A DNA stretch of 62,893 nt, filler included, from Sphacelaria rigidula (Eukaryota), in NCBI GenBank assembly GCA_964200075.2. It is 9 parts of 9 records of this genome, joined end to end, with 100 filler letters (N's around TTAATTAATTAA, not from the genome) between each part and the next. Parts side by side here need not be neighbours in the genome. Positions count along the whole stretch, not along the records: positions 21,001 to 27,899 come from CAXNAA020017511.1; positions 28,000 to 34,898 come from CAXNAA020017512.1; 7 more parts are not named here. One strand, 5' to 3'. The notes beneath the pieces were generated by a model. The model did no database searches. It was not told the DNA's origin and saw nothing but the letters and a program-made list of their open reading frames with translations. Made by a program: the position numbers and the translations under genes. This document shows positions 21,843-32,204 of this stretch, one piece after another; the first letter of the stretch is position 1; the number at the start of each line of letters is the position of its first letter.

Positions 21843-24800
21843 GCGGAGCTTGCGGAGGCAAATCGTAAGGCAGACCAGCGCATCATCTCGGCACGTGCTG
21901 TGCAATTGGACCTGGAGAAGCTGCGTCCGCGAGTGTGTCGCCTGGTTGCTTCAGTCACAGGTACCTCCGCCAAGGTATTCGGCGGTGCGGAGGAATCGGA
22001 ATGGTCAACCGACTCACACGGGGGTGGGGGCTGGAGCGGAGACCGGTGGGGTCGGGGCGGCGGTTTGTTGGGGTATGGCACCGGTGCAGGTGTCAGCAAG
22101 GATGAACCGAGAACGTTGTCTGGGGTGCTTCGCCGGCTCGCTGAGGGTAAAATGTCTGTTCACCCAGTCGAGGCAAAACATGCTGGTGGTGGTGTTGGGG
22201 GTGGAGGTGGAGGTGGTGGTGGCAGCGTTTCTTCCTCGGCGTCGATGTCTGCGGCCACCGCGCGCGCCTATCCGTACTCGCTGTTCCCGCAAGACTTCGC
22301 CGACGATCCATTCCGTGGAAGCCGGGCTCCGGCTATCGGAGGTGCTTCGACTAGGGCACTGGCTCGAGGAAGGAGGGCGGCTGGATTGGCGGCGGCGGCA
22401 GCGGCGGTCGGAGGCGGCTCCAGTGCGCCCGACCCGGGTCAGGAAGGGCTCCGAGCGTCTCTGGATGAGCTGTGCAATCTGCACGAGGAGCTCGGGGCTA
22501 TCGGGAGAATGGACCCCGGCTCGGACAGTAACATCGGCCGCCTGATGTCGATTCAGATACGGCGCGCTGAGACCGAGGCGCGACTGGGAGAACACGCGGC
22601 GGCAATGTCTGACGCAACACAAGTCCGCGAAAGCGCCGCTGAGGCGGCGCGTGCAGCCGCCGCGGACGCTGCCCGCGATCGCACGGTGGCGAGGCGTATG
22701 CGGATCGGAGAGCCCTACATCCCAAACACCAGGCGAGTCGTCGCCGCTCCGGCCCCTGCACCTCCTGTAGAGGCGGATGAGGCAGAAGACGGTACGGATT
22801 CCTCTGCAACGAGTCCTGCCGGTGCTATTTCTGCTGCTTCTGCGGCGGCCACGTCGTCGACCACGGCATCAGCAGACACGGCAAAAGCGACACGGAGTCC
22901 GTACGCCAGGGAAGGAGGGAACCTCTACGTACCACCTCCCCCTCGTGGACGCCGGACTGGGCCGCAGCGAGATGATGGCAGTGTACAATCGACGAATAGA
23001 TCTGGAACGTCGGGAACGGCGGCCGCGAATACTCAATGGGAGAGGCAGCCGACGGGCAAATATATCCCCGCCGCGAGGCGAAGACCGCAGTCGCATGATC
23101 CGGAGCCCTCACGCCAGTCTAGCACCAGCGCATCGCGGTCAGTCAGAGCGGCGGCGGTAGCGGTGGCAGCCGCGACGACGTCCGGCTCGAGCGGTCCGTC
23201 CCCACATTCGCAAGCTCCCGCGGCACCAGCGCCCGCGGCCGCTCTCTTCTTCCCTCCGTCGGCTGCCAGGGGTGGCGGCGGGGTGGGAGGCGGCGGGCAG
23301 CCGCCGCCTATGCCATCCGCCGCGTTCCAGTTCGGCCGCACGGCCTCGGGATCTGCGGGTCTTCGAACCGTTTTCCCTGCTGGTGGCGGCTCTTCGGCGG
23401 CATCGTCTCACCGGCCGAGCGGTGCGGGAGTTTCCGTGCGCCGAGCAAGAGCCACCAACCGGCGAGGCTCCAGGGCGGAAGAAACTGAGAGATTTTTGAC
23501 TGGGAACGCGGCGGACGAAGGCGGGGATGGCGCTGAAGCCTTCTTTTCGGCGCTACCGCCTTTGCCTCCTCCCGCCCCACAGTACCGTGGTAAAGGGGCC
23601 CCTGCCGTAGGTGCGCCATCGTCGGCGAGTGGGTCGGTCCCCGGCAATGCGGCGGCTGCGGCAGCCGACGCGGCGACAGCGGCGAGGGGGGCGGGTGGAG
23701 CAGGGACTGGAACGGGAGCACCCTCTGACGGTGATCCCGCATCGGCTTCTCAAGGGCAGCAGGCCTCGGAAGTGGCGCCCGAGCTTGCAGAGCTCGTGGA
23801 GTTATACTGCGGCCGTTGTCAGGACGCCCAAAGGCGTTTGCGGTCGGCTGTTGCGGAGAGAGAAGCCCTGTCTGCGTCTACCCTGGCGTACCTACGCCGT
23901 GGGCGCCGAGACGGGGCGGGTGGGTCGTTCACTGCAGGGGCTGGCGGAGGCAACGCTGGCAGCAGTGCAACTACCACTAGTTTACTGAGCAAGGCTACGA
24001 CCAGGAGAGGGTCGACCAGTTGGGGCGGTGACGGGGGACAAGCGGGAATGAGGGGCACGGACAAGGGAGTTGCGTGCTGTTCCAAGTGCACGGAGGAGGT
24101 GAGGTGTTCTGTTGGTGTATAGGCTTGCTGTGCATATCTTGATTGTGTTAATCCTGTCGAACTTTCGAAGGTTAGGATCGACGTTGCATGCATACGGAGC
24201 GTGTGTGCAAGTTCTACTTTCGTGTGCATTTGATCGGAGCGGTAAGAGCCGGGTACTGTTTTCTCATGAGTTCGGCTGTCAGCATTGACCGGTTAAGACA
24301 GCTGGTATGTGTCGGGTTTCTACAGGAAGTCACAACGATTGTGGAATACACGCCCCACCTCCTCACCTCACCACGCCACGCGAGTGAGTGAGATTTTGCT
24401 GCTGAAAATATACTATCTCCGCCCTTCGCGCGTCAAGTCGGGCGATTGCATTACCATGTGCAGTATTTTACATTTGCTCTCATTCCACGATCTCAGCAGG
24501 TGACTCGGTTGTGTTGTTGTTGTCTTCACATTAAAAACCGTTCCGATATCTGCGCGGTACATTCGAACTGGGCATCTGATGCGGACGCCTTCCGTGGTCA
24601 CAGGCTAGCAAAATAAAATAAAATAGACCCAGATTGAAAAAGCTCACAAAACGCGATACAAGCAAAACAGGGATGAATAATGAGAAAGAAAGGGAGTACA
24701 TGTGGCTAACCTCAGAAGATCCGGTGCCGCAGGTGGCCATTCGGACTTCAGGGGGTGGCACTCGGTTTTTGAACTCGACGCGCGACAAGTGGAAATTAAC

Positions 24801-27194
24801 ACAGGGTCGGACTACGAGCGAGACTCAAGGCCCCAAATACCGCCAACTAAAGAACTAAAGAACTAAGAATCGCAGCGTTCCATCCTGCGGCCTCTCGAGG
24901 GACAGTCATACGTACAAGCATACCAGGTGTATTAAGACAAGAACTGCATGACGTAACGACACCCCTCATCGGGGGATTGTGTGCGGGCTCTCATCTCACA
25001 CCCCACACCTCACTTTTGCACGCGCAGTCGCACCTGTAGATGAGCCTCCCTTCTAATATCTTCTCATCCATCGAACCCGCTGATTCGTTTTGTTTCGTTA
25101 GGCCTTGAGCCTTGTGCTGGGAATTGTTCGGTCGGTGCAGCTGTGGCCGGGCTCCGCGCGTTTGCTCCGGCAAGCAGGTTTACTGGATTTGTTGATGGGA
25201 ATATGCTCAAGCGGGACGGCTGGTGCCGCCCCGGTCGCGTCCACCCGCGTATTGTTGGTCAACATGGCCCTGCACGACCCAACCTCGGCAAGGATGGTCC
25301 GAGACGAGTTGCTGACAAAGGTGAGAAACGGGCGGTATTGGCACTTGATTGCCACCTGTTGATTTGGGGAAAATTAATGACGCGTGCTGGTGAAGTGCTG
25401 CATTTTTTCGGGCTCGTGTCCTGTGCATCCTGCCGTGTAATTGTGTCAAGTCAAAATGTTGCTTGTGTGGCTCAAGAGGCGGTCGTGAAAAAGATGAAGT
25501 TCTACGAGAGAACGGAAGGCGATGAGCGGGCGAGAGCTTCGGCGGAAGTACTTCATGCCGAAAGTCTCAGCACGTCCTTGAACGGAAGCAAGGCTACATT
25601 TGGATGGACGTGGAAATGACGCGTATTTTGTCATGATTCTTGCACTCTGTTCCTCGCTTTCTTTTGTGGAGCCATGTGTCCAAGGGAGTTGTTACCAACA
25701 TACTCGACCTTCCGCTCACCCTGAACCTCACCATCCATCCCGTTCCCCCATGCGCCTCCCCCCCCCTCATAGGTCGACTTCGTGCTCCAGAGGTATCAAA
25801 GCCTGGACGTGCGTGGCCTCCTCGAGCAGGACGTATTGCTGCTGCGTGATCTCTGCCTGTCATCCGCCTCTATCATCCCGCGTCACGGTGGCGATGCCGC
25901 CGCCGACAGTGAAACGTCCAGTACGGCGGCGGGGGTGGTGGCGCGTTGCTGGAGGCTCCATGTCGGTCTCCTTATGCATATCCTCCAGCGGATACCCGAA
26001 GCGGCCAATGACAGCCTCGCCGTGGTCGAACACGTCGCGCTCCCTTGCTTGGAAACGCTGGCGGCGGTATGTCTGGACGGTGTCTTGTACCCTGTCTTCG
26101 AACCACCTGTTGAAGCAGGCAGTCGCGCAAGAAGTGTTGAGGGGGGGGGCAGTGACGACCAGAGCTCCATCGGACTGACCGTGGCCGAAACGCGTACATC
26201 GTCTGCTGCTGGTACTAACCCAAGGAGGCAACAACACACGCCGAACGGCCGTGTTCTGGCGGACGTGGTGCTGCAGCAAGTACTCCGGGCCTCTGCAAAT
26301 GCGTGGGGGGCTGACGAGGGGGAACTTGGGGGATTCACCGTCGGCCGACGCGGCGGCGGGGTAGTGTGGCGGACGCCTATGCAAACGAGGAATGCGAAGC
26401 TTGCGCGGCGGGCGTGGCAAGGCCTGGTTTCCGGGTCGACGGGCACCGCTGGTGGTGCCGCTGCGGTTTGCTCTGGTAGCGCCGGCGGTGAATTGCCGAC
26501 ATCAGCGATGGCGAACGAGTCGGCAGTGAGTTGCTTGCCGGATCACTGGTTGTTGAAGCTCCTGGTGAATCGGCGATCAGCTGTTTTGCGAAAGTTCTCG
26601 AGTCTAGTGCTTGGAACCCTTGCGACGTCGATGGGAGCGGAGTTTGGCGAAGAGACGGCGGAGGTGGCCGCTCACCTACTTGGCTGTGTTGCCGCAGAGG
26701 GCTCGGAGGCTGCGGCACTCCAGGTCAGTTTTTCGTTCGTGTGCTTATTTCTACGATACGACGCTGCGTGCTGTACGCGTACACACTAGACTCTTTCTCG
26801 TTTCATACGTTACAAGTACTGTGATGAAGTGGAAGAATATTTGTGTTTCGGTGTGTACTCCGCTGAAGTGGACGGGCCCCGTACGGTGCTGTTGTGACTC
26901 GTTTGCTTTTGGGGGGGGCATGTGTATTTGGCAAAACGCGTGAAAATTAGCCGGTCTACATTTCGTGGTCTCTGTTTTGGTGTTTCTTGGGAACGTTTCG
27001 CACCATTCCGCAACTTGTTCCACCTCTTTTCTCCCTTGAATGTCCCCCAATTATCCCTCGCGTCCGCCATTATTGAGAAGGCGTTGTCTTTGCTGGGTCG
27101 TCTCTGCTCCGGCTTCGGTGTCGAAGGAGCAACACAGGCTTACATGGAGAGGCGCGGGCTGCGCGGATTTTTGGCTGCGGTAATTTTACAAGAG
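21843..27194 (+). CDS. UBR4: Partial spliced gene: BIG/UBR4 (p600) family giant E3/E4 ubiquitin ligase, C-terminal half. Exons 21843-24098, 25102-25320, 25773-26723, 27081-27194.
   Basis: Four phase-0 exons with AG/GT boundaries. Motifs in the BIG/UBR4 order: LVELYCGRCQDA...; CCSKC; LRQAGLLDLL; RYQSLDVRGLLEQDVLLLRDLC; VVEHVALPCLETL; WLLKLLVNRRSAVLR; AAEGSEAAALQ; YMERRGLRGFLAAVILQE(V). Compare plant BIG HRSMDIA...EMLLL.EVC, ISEHIILPCL and TICKLI.QEV (from memory). Confidence 0.82.
24510..24870 (-). mobile_element. SINE-like family B with (CAA)n tail, intronic
   Basis: TGGGCATCTGATGCGGACGCCTTCCGTGGTCACAGGCTA is identical here and at 39016-39054. Both copies are preceded by (GTT)n-GTCTT(C/T)ACATT..AACCGTTCC. 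B-box-like GAGTTCAAA on the minus strand near 24768-24776. Confidence 0.75.
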
Positions 27195-27339
27195 GTGAGT
27201 CATTTGCTCCAACGCATTTTGTACCGGTGGTTGCCACAACACCTTGCTACTGCAGAGTAGTATCACCGTTCAGTTGACGTTTGAAAAGAAACTGTCAGCA
27301 TGGCCAGTGAATGTGTAGGCATTGTTAATGCCCAACTAT

Positions 27340-27517
27340 TTTTCACCAGCGCGTTTTGCACTCTTTCAACCCCCCCCCCCTTCGTCGGGATGGGTCTGTG
27401 GTCACATGGGATCAACTCTTCCCCCCCGCCCCGCCCCCCCGGTACACGCCTTTCAAGTTTGGTATCGCGGATTGGATCATGACTATCCGTACTCCCGCAC
27501 CGCGTCAACTCTCGTTC
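27340..27517 (-). mobile_element. tRNA-derived SINE family C, 3' body only
   Basis: Reverse complement of ACGAGAGTTGA(C/T)GCGGTGCGGGAGT..GATAGTCATGATCCAATCCGC seen at 62487-62536. Confidence 0.8.
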
Positions 27518-27842
27518 AGTGTTATTCCTTGTCGATACTGTTGAGGCGGTGTTTTGACAGAAGCTTGGGCGTGAAGATAACCCGTACCTCGCTTCAGATG
27601 ACGCCGAAAGTTGAAGAATCTCTAGATTGGCATCAGAGGAACGTGTCACAATCGCAGCTGCGGCAGCGGAAGTCGCTTAGGGCCCGGTCTGCATTGATAC
27701 TGTGGATACTACCGACGCCGGGTATTATATTTTTTCAACACCCTTCTGTCTGACGATGATTATAGTGGGTACAGTGTCAGTTGGGCACGCACGCCGCGAC
27801 GGATCCTGCCAGCCTTGTGATTGATCTTCACCCACTTATGGT

Positions 27843-27899
27843 GAGACACCCATGAGGCAGTGTATGAGCCATGGCTGTCTCTGGAAGTGGCGATACCAG
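27843..27899 (+). mobile_element. 5' end of SINE-like family A, cut by the contig end
   Basis: GAGACACCCATGAGGCAGTGTATGAGCCATGGCTGTCTCTGGAAGTGGCGATACCAG. Confidence 0.85.
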
Positions 27900-27999
27900 N
27901 NNNNNNNNNNNNNNNNNNNNNNNNNNNNNNNNNNNNNNNNNNNTTAATTAATTAANNNNNNNNNNNNNNNNNNNNNNNNNNNNNNNNNNNNNNNNNNNN

Positions 28000-28070
28000 G
28001 AAAGGGATGCGTGGTCAATGGTCAAACGACTAAGGCAAGCAACAAATGAGTACGCCCCCCCCCTACTCCC
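28000..28070 (+). mobile_element. 3' terminus of the poly(C)-tail LINE
   Basis: AAAGGGATGCGTGGTCAATGGTCAAACGACTAAGGCAAGCAACAAATGAGTACG then a C-run; reads KGCVVNGQTTKASNK* just before the tail. Matches 56102-56168 and 6180-6278 in reverse. Confidence 0.8.
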
Positions 28071-28121
28071 TCTGATCTGCTTTGTATGCAATTGTCAATT
28101 CAACTAACGACGGGCGAGCAG

Positions 28122-31100
28122 GGTGAACGTCGGTTCTCTCTGGGCGGCGTGGTGGACGACCACTTCCTGTCGACGGGAGTGTTTGAATTCGAAGCGCCCG
28201 AGCAGACTGGTCCTACGGTGAGCGCTACGGTCGTGTATGCGTGAGTGGCGCTTGCTTGGCTGCTACTATGCGCACAGGCCGTTCTCGAGCTATAACGTCC
28301 ATCTCGAGCACCACCGGAAGACAAGTCGGACACAGTGTCCAGCGCATCCATCTCGCTTTACTTTCCCACAATATGGATCGCTTGCATACTCCTCCGTGGT
28401 TTTATGCCCGTAGTCAATGCGGGATTACCGTTGAAGCACCTGTTTCAGGCATCTCCTCGGAGTTGGAAGCAACACGACTCACTTTGACGTCCTTTCAAGG
28501 TAACAACCGATGGTATTCACGATATCAGAACCCATCGCACACGCACGGCATAGTAAAATGACGCCTTCCGACGGACGCTTGAGGGAGCGTGTATTGAACT
28601 GTGCCGTACGAATCGTTTTGTCCGGCGTAGACTAAGGCCAGTGTATTTGATTCATGAATGATGACTGGTTCTGCCGTCCGTATACGCAAAATTCGGCAGC
28701 ACGTACCACAGCCTGCAAGGTAACACACCAGGATGACTATCCTCCTACAAAAATGTTGCTTCACGTCGAGCGCACCCCTGCCGATCTTTCTGTCGCTGTT
28801 AATTTCCTATGGTCGACCGCTTGGCTGGTTGGTTGATTGATTAATTTCATATCCTGGACAAGAGACTGCATTGTTGAAAAGTGTGCTGCGTACAGTCTCG
28901 AGCATTGCGTCTATTCCAATAAATATTACACTGCATACGGTACACAGGACACTGTTTTTGACAAGGTAATCCATTGTCCAGTGTGTGGTTGATTCATTGG
29001 TCGATTTCGCACATTCTTCTATAATCCCTTCAGGGGTGTGTTTTGCGTGTTTAGCCGCACTCACAAAAAGGGCGTACCCACGGTGAAAACAACGGAAACA
29101 CCAGACCAAGGAAGTCGAGCAAGGAGGAAGATGCAGGAACAAAAACTAGAAAGCATGGCAAGCTGAACAATGAGAAAACGGGAATATCCGGTCACGATGA
29201 AAAGCAATATACTTGAATAAAGAATAGTAAGATGAAACGAATAATGGTTAATATGCATGGAAATAGGAACGGCTGACGGGCGACCAGATGAGGATCATGG
29301 CCGCTGCGCAAGACAGCTTGAACGCACAGTACGGGGCTTCCGTGTTCTCCGACTTCGCCTTCAACGGGCTTGGCATCCTCGACAAGGTGACTGCTGTGTA
29401 CCGTACAACTCCTGTTGTCCTAACACTCCGACTACATGTACACGGCAATGACCGACATTGTGGCCAAACCTTGCGAGTTTGCGTCTTTCTAGTGAAGAAA
29501 TAATTTACACCGCCTTGTACGTGTTGGAGAAATGCAAGCCAACCCGAATAGGTCACCATATGAGACCTCAGAAGTATATTCATAGGCGATCCATCTACTG
29601 AGAATCATATGTACTGGTAGGTGGCTTCCTGCGGTTGATTCCTTATAGGACATGGTGATGTGCGATTTGGTTTTCGTAAGTCGGAGGCGGAAACAACCAC
29701 ATCTGATGTAACCTAGCTAGCTTGAACGATTTTGGTGGTTTGGGTGATGATGGTGACTGCTTCTTCATTCACCACATGAACAATCAGGGCACAGGCCTGC
29801 AACAGACGGTTGGTGTCGGGGTTTGGGGTTGTCTCTGCTTCCGCTTGGGCGTAGTCAGTCCATCCTTGATGTACGGGCGCCTTTCGTCTGCATACAGCAG
29901 CGGCATGGGTTTGCCCTCTTGCATCCAATCAATCTCCACCTTACAGCGGGTGAATGCTCAATAGCTAAAGCTCCGCAATTCGTGCAAGCTGGAGCTCACC
30001 TCTGTTTCCGATTGTCACCAATTGGATACGATATACACAGTATATTTACTAACAGCATATTTTGGACGTGTTCCCCTACTCTTACTGCGCTGCCGGATGT
30101 GGCGCCCGTCCTCGTTATCCCTTCAGGTGGAATCTGCCTACCGTGCTGCTGGCCCTAACGCTGATATTGCCCTTTTGCCCAAGGGACAAAAACCCAACCC
30201 TCCCGAAGGTAAGCGCTCAGTGTTGTTCTCCGTATTTTGCGTGGGATGCACCGCCGTGAGCCCGTATTCAAGCAAAGTCTATAACGAGGACTCATAATCA
30301 ATCCTTCCTAATTGTGACGGTTGAGATCCTTTTTGTTATTTTGAGTTGGGTGCATCGGCAATACTACCTGCAATAAGGCCGATGTAGCAGCAAAGCGAGT
30401 GATTCTGGCCTACCGTTATGCCGCCCTATTCCCGGCCCATTTCTACACAGGCCTGTCGGGAATCGTTTCCGCACTACTTCAGGGTGTTCTTCTCTTTCAG
30501 CCGCGTGTTTTGCATATCGCCGTATGGATAGCCGACGCAAACACGTAATTCGACTTCGGTTTGTCATCGCGTGTCTGTGTCGTCATCCATCCCACCCTCA
30601 CTCTCCAAAACTCTACACTGCCGTACGTGAACTTGCTGAATACAATCGACCTATGCTGATTCAATCGTGTGAAGTACTGTAAACTTGCACAACATCACCC
30701 CTTCCTACTGCCTGTCTCCTCGCTTTTTTTACGACCGCGTGTGTTACAACCGCCGAAAAATTATCAGGAATCGTGCCCCAACTGCCGGTTAACTGGCTGG
30801 CAAACTCCGTGCCGGGCATGGCTCAGGAGTTCCCTACCTGGAGGGCCAAAGACGATCTGCTCGACGCCACGATCAGCCAGGCAATTCTGGACAAGTTCCA
30901 CTGGCAGAGCCACACGTACTCGCATCTGGCCAGAGACAACCTTGGCCAGTCCGACTGTGATATCGAGGACGGTGGTGAGCGATGGGGCATACGAGTACAT
31001 GCATCAATTTAATAGCGTGCACTACGTTCGTCCACTGTACGAAACGCTCGCTCTCCTTGTCGCAGACGTATCGAACATATCACAGTAGTGTGCATTGGCG

Positions 31101-32170
31101 TGCATTGACTAGAATACATGCGCAGTGCGTTTACACTTGATACATGCGCTTCGATGAGGCGACATTTACTGTGCTCGGCTTTCCTTGTAAGCGCCTTTAA
31201 ATCAAGGCACGATCCAACAAACCCGATGCCATATTTGACCGAGCAACGTTTGAACCGAAGATCGCAGCGGAAGGGCATACACGACTGGATATGCGAACAA
31301 ACATGTTCGGTATGAAAATAGCGATTGATTCAGCTTCCACGCAATTCACAAACTCAGCAGCTGACTTGAAGGCGTTGACGGCCGCAGTGACCAAGGCGTG
31401 AAATATTCGCCCGAAAGCAAATTTCATGTCTCTTGAATTACGGACGGTTGCTATATATGTCGCCCATAACTGTACTACTCCGGTGGTTATCAGGTAACGC
31501 ACAGATCGCGGTGATCACCGGAATGTTCGACAATGATAACTACAACTGGCGAAGCATGACAAGCCCTGGAATCACTGGCCTCTTCAACGCTAACTGCCTC
31601 GCGTCCGGGGCTGCGAACCTGATGAGATGCTACCCCGGGGACAACACGTACGATGGAGAGCTGACGACCGTGAGCCTCGTCAACATGGAGAGCCAGTTCC
31701 ACTCCATATACACAACGGTGGCCACCAATGGTGAACGCTCACTCGCTTCCAAAGAGCACAATGTTTCCGTTCCCTATGTGGTCTCAAACCATGGCCGTGT
31801 AGTATCTTTCGTACAGTGCGATCACGCTAGCGTAGTACGAACAGCAGTTGAAACCGTGACAATACCTTCGAGTTTCCGTAGCAGAACAACACAGGTTGTT
31901 TGTGGAATATTAAAAATTAGGGGGTACAAATCGATGATGATCACATCTATTCTTTCCGTGATGGTTTTGTGTTCGCATGAGTGAGCCTGCCAGAAGACCG
32001 CAGTATCCTGGGGTGTGATGGACGACCATCGAGCCGCTTTTTGTATAAGGGTGGCACCGTAGGTTTCGTTCGTCCCGCCAGTTTGAAATTCAAGAGAATT
32101 TTTCCGCGTTGGTCAGGCAAGAAGCAGGCCTAACCTTTCGATCGCTCACCACGTACCACACACTACCCTG

Positions 32171-32204
<34 letters not shown>

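Noticed and set aside
21753-24122. 789-aa stand-alone ORF and its overlapping antisense ORFs
   Set aside because: It is one internal exon of UBR4/BIG (21843-24098). The overlapping ORFs are by-products of GC-rich low-complexity coding DNA.
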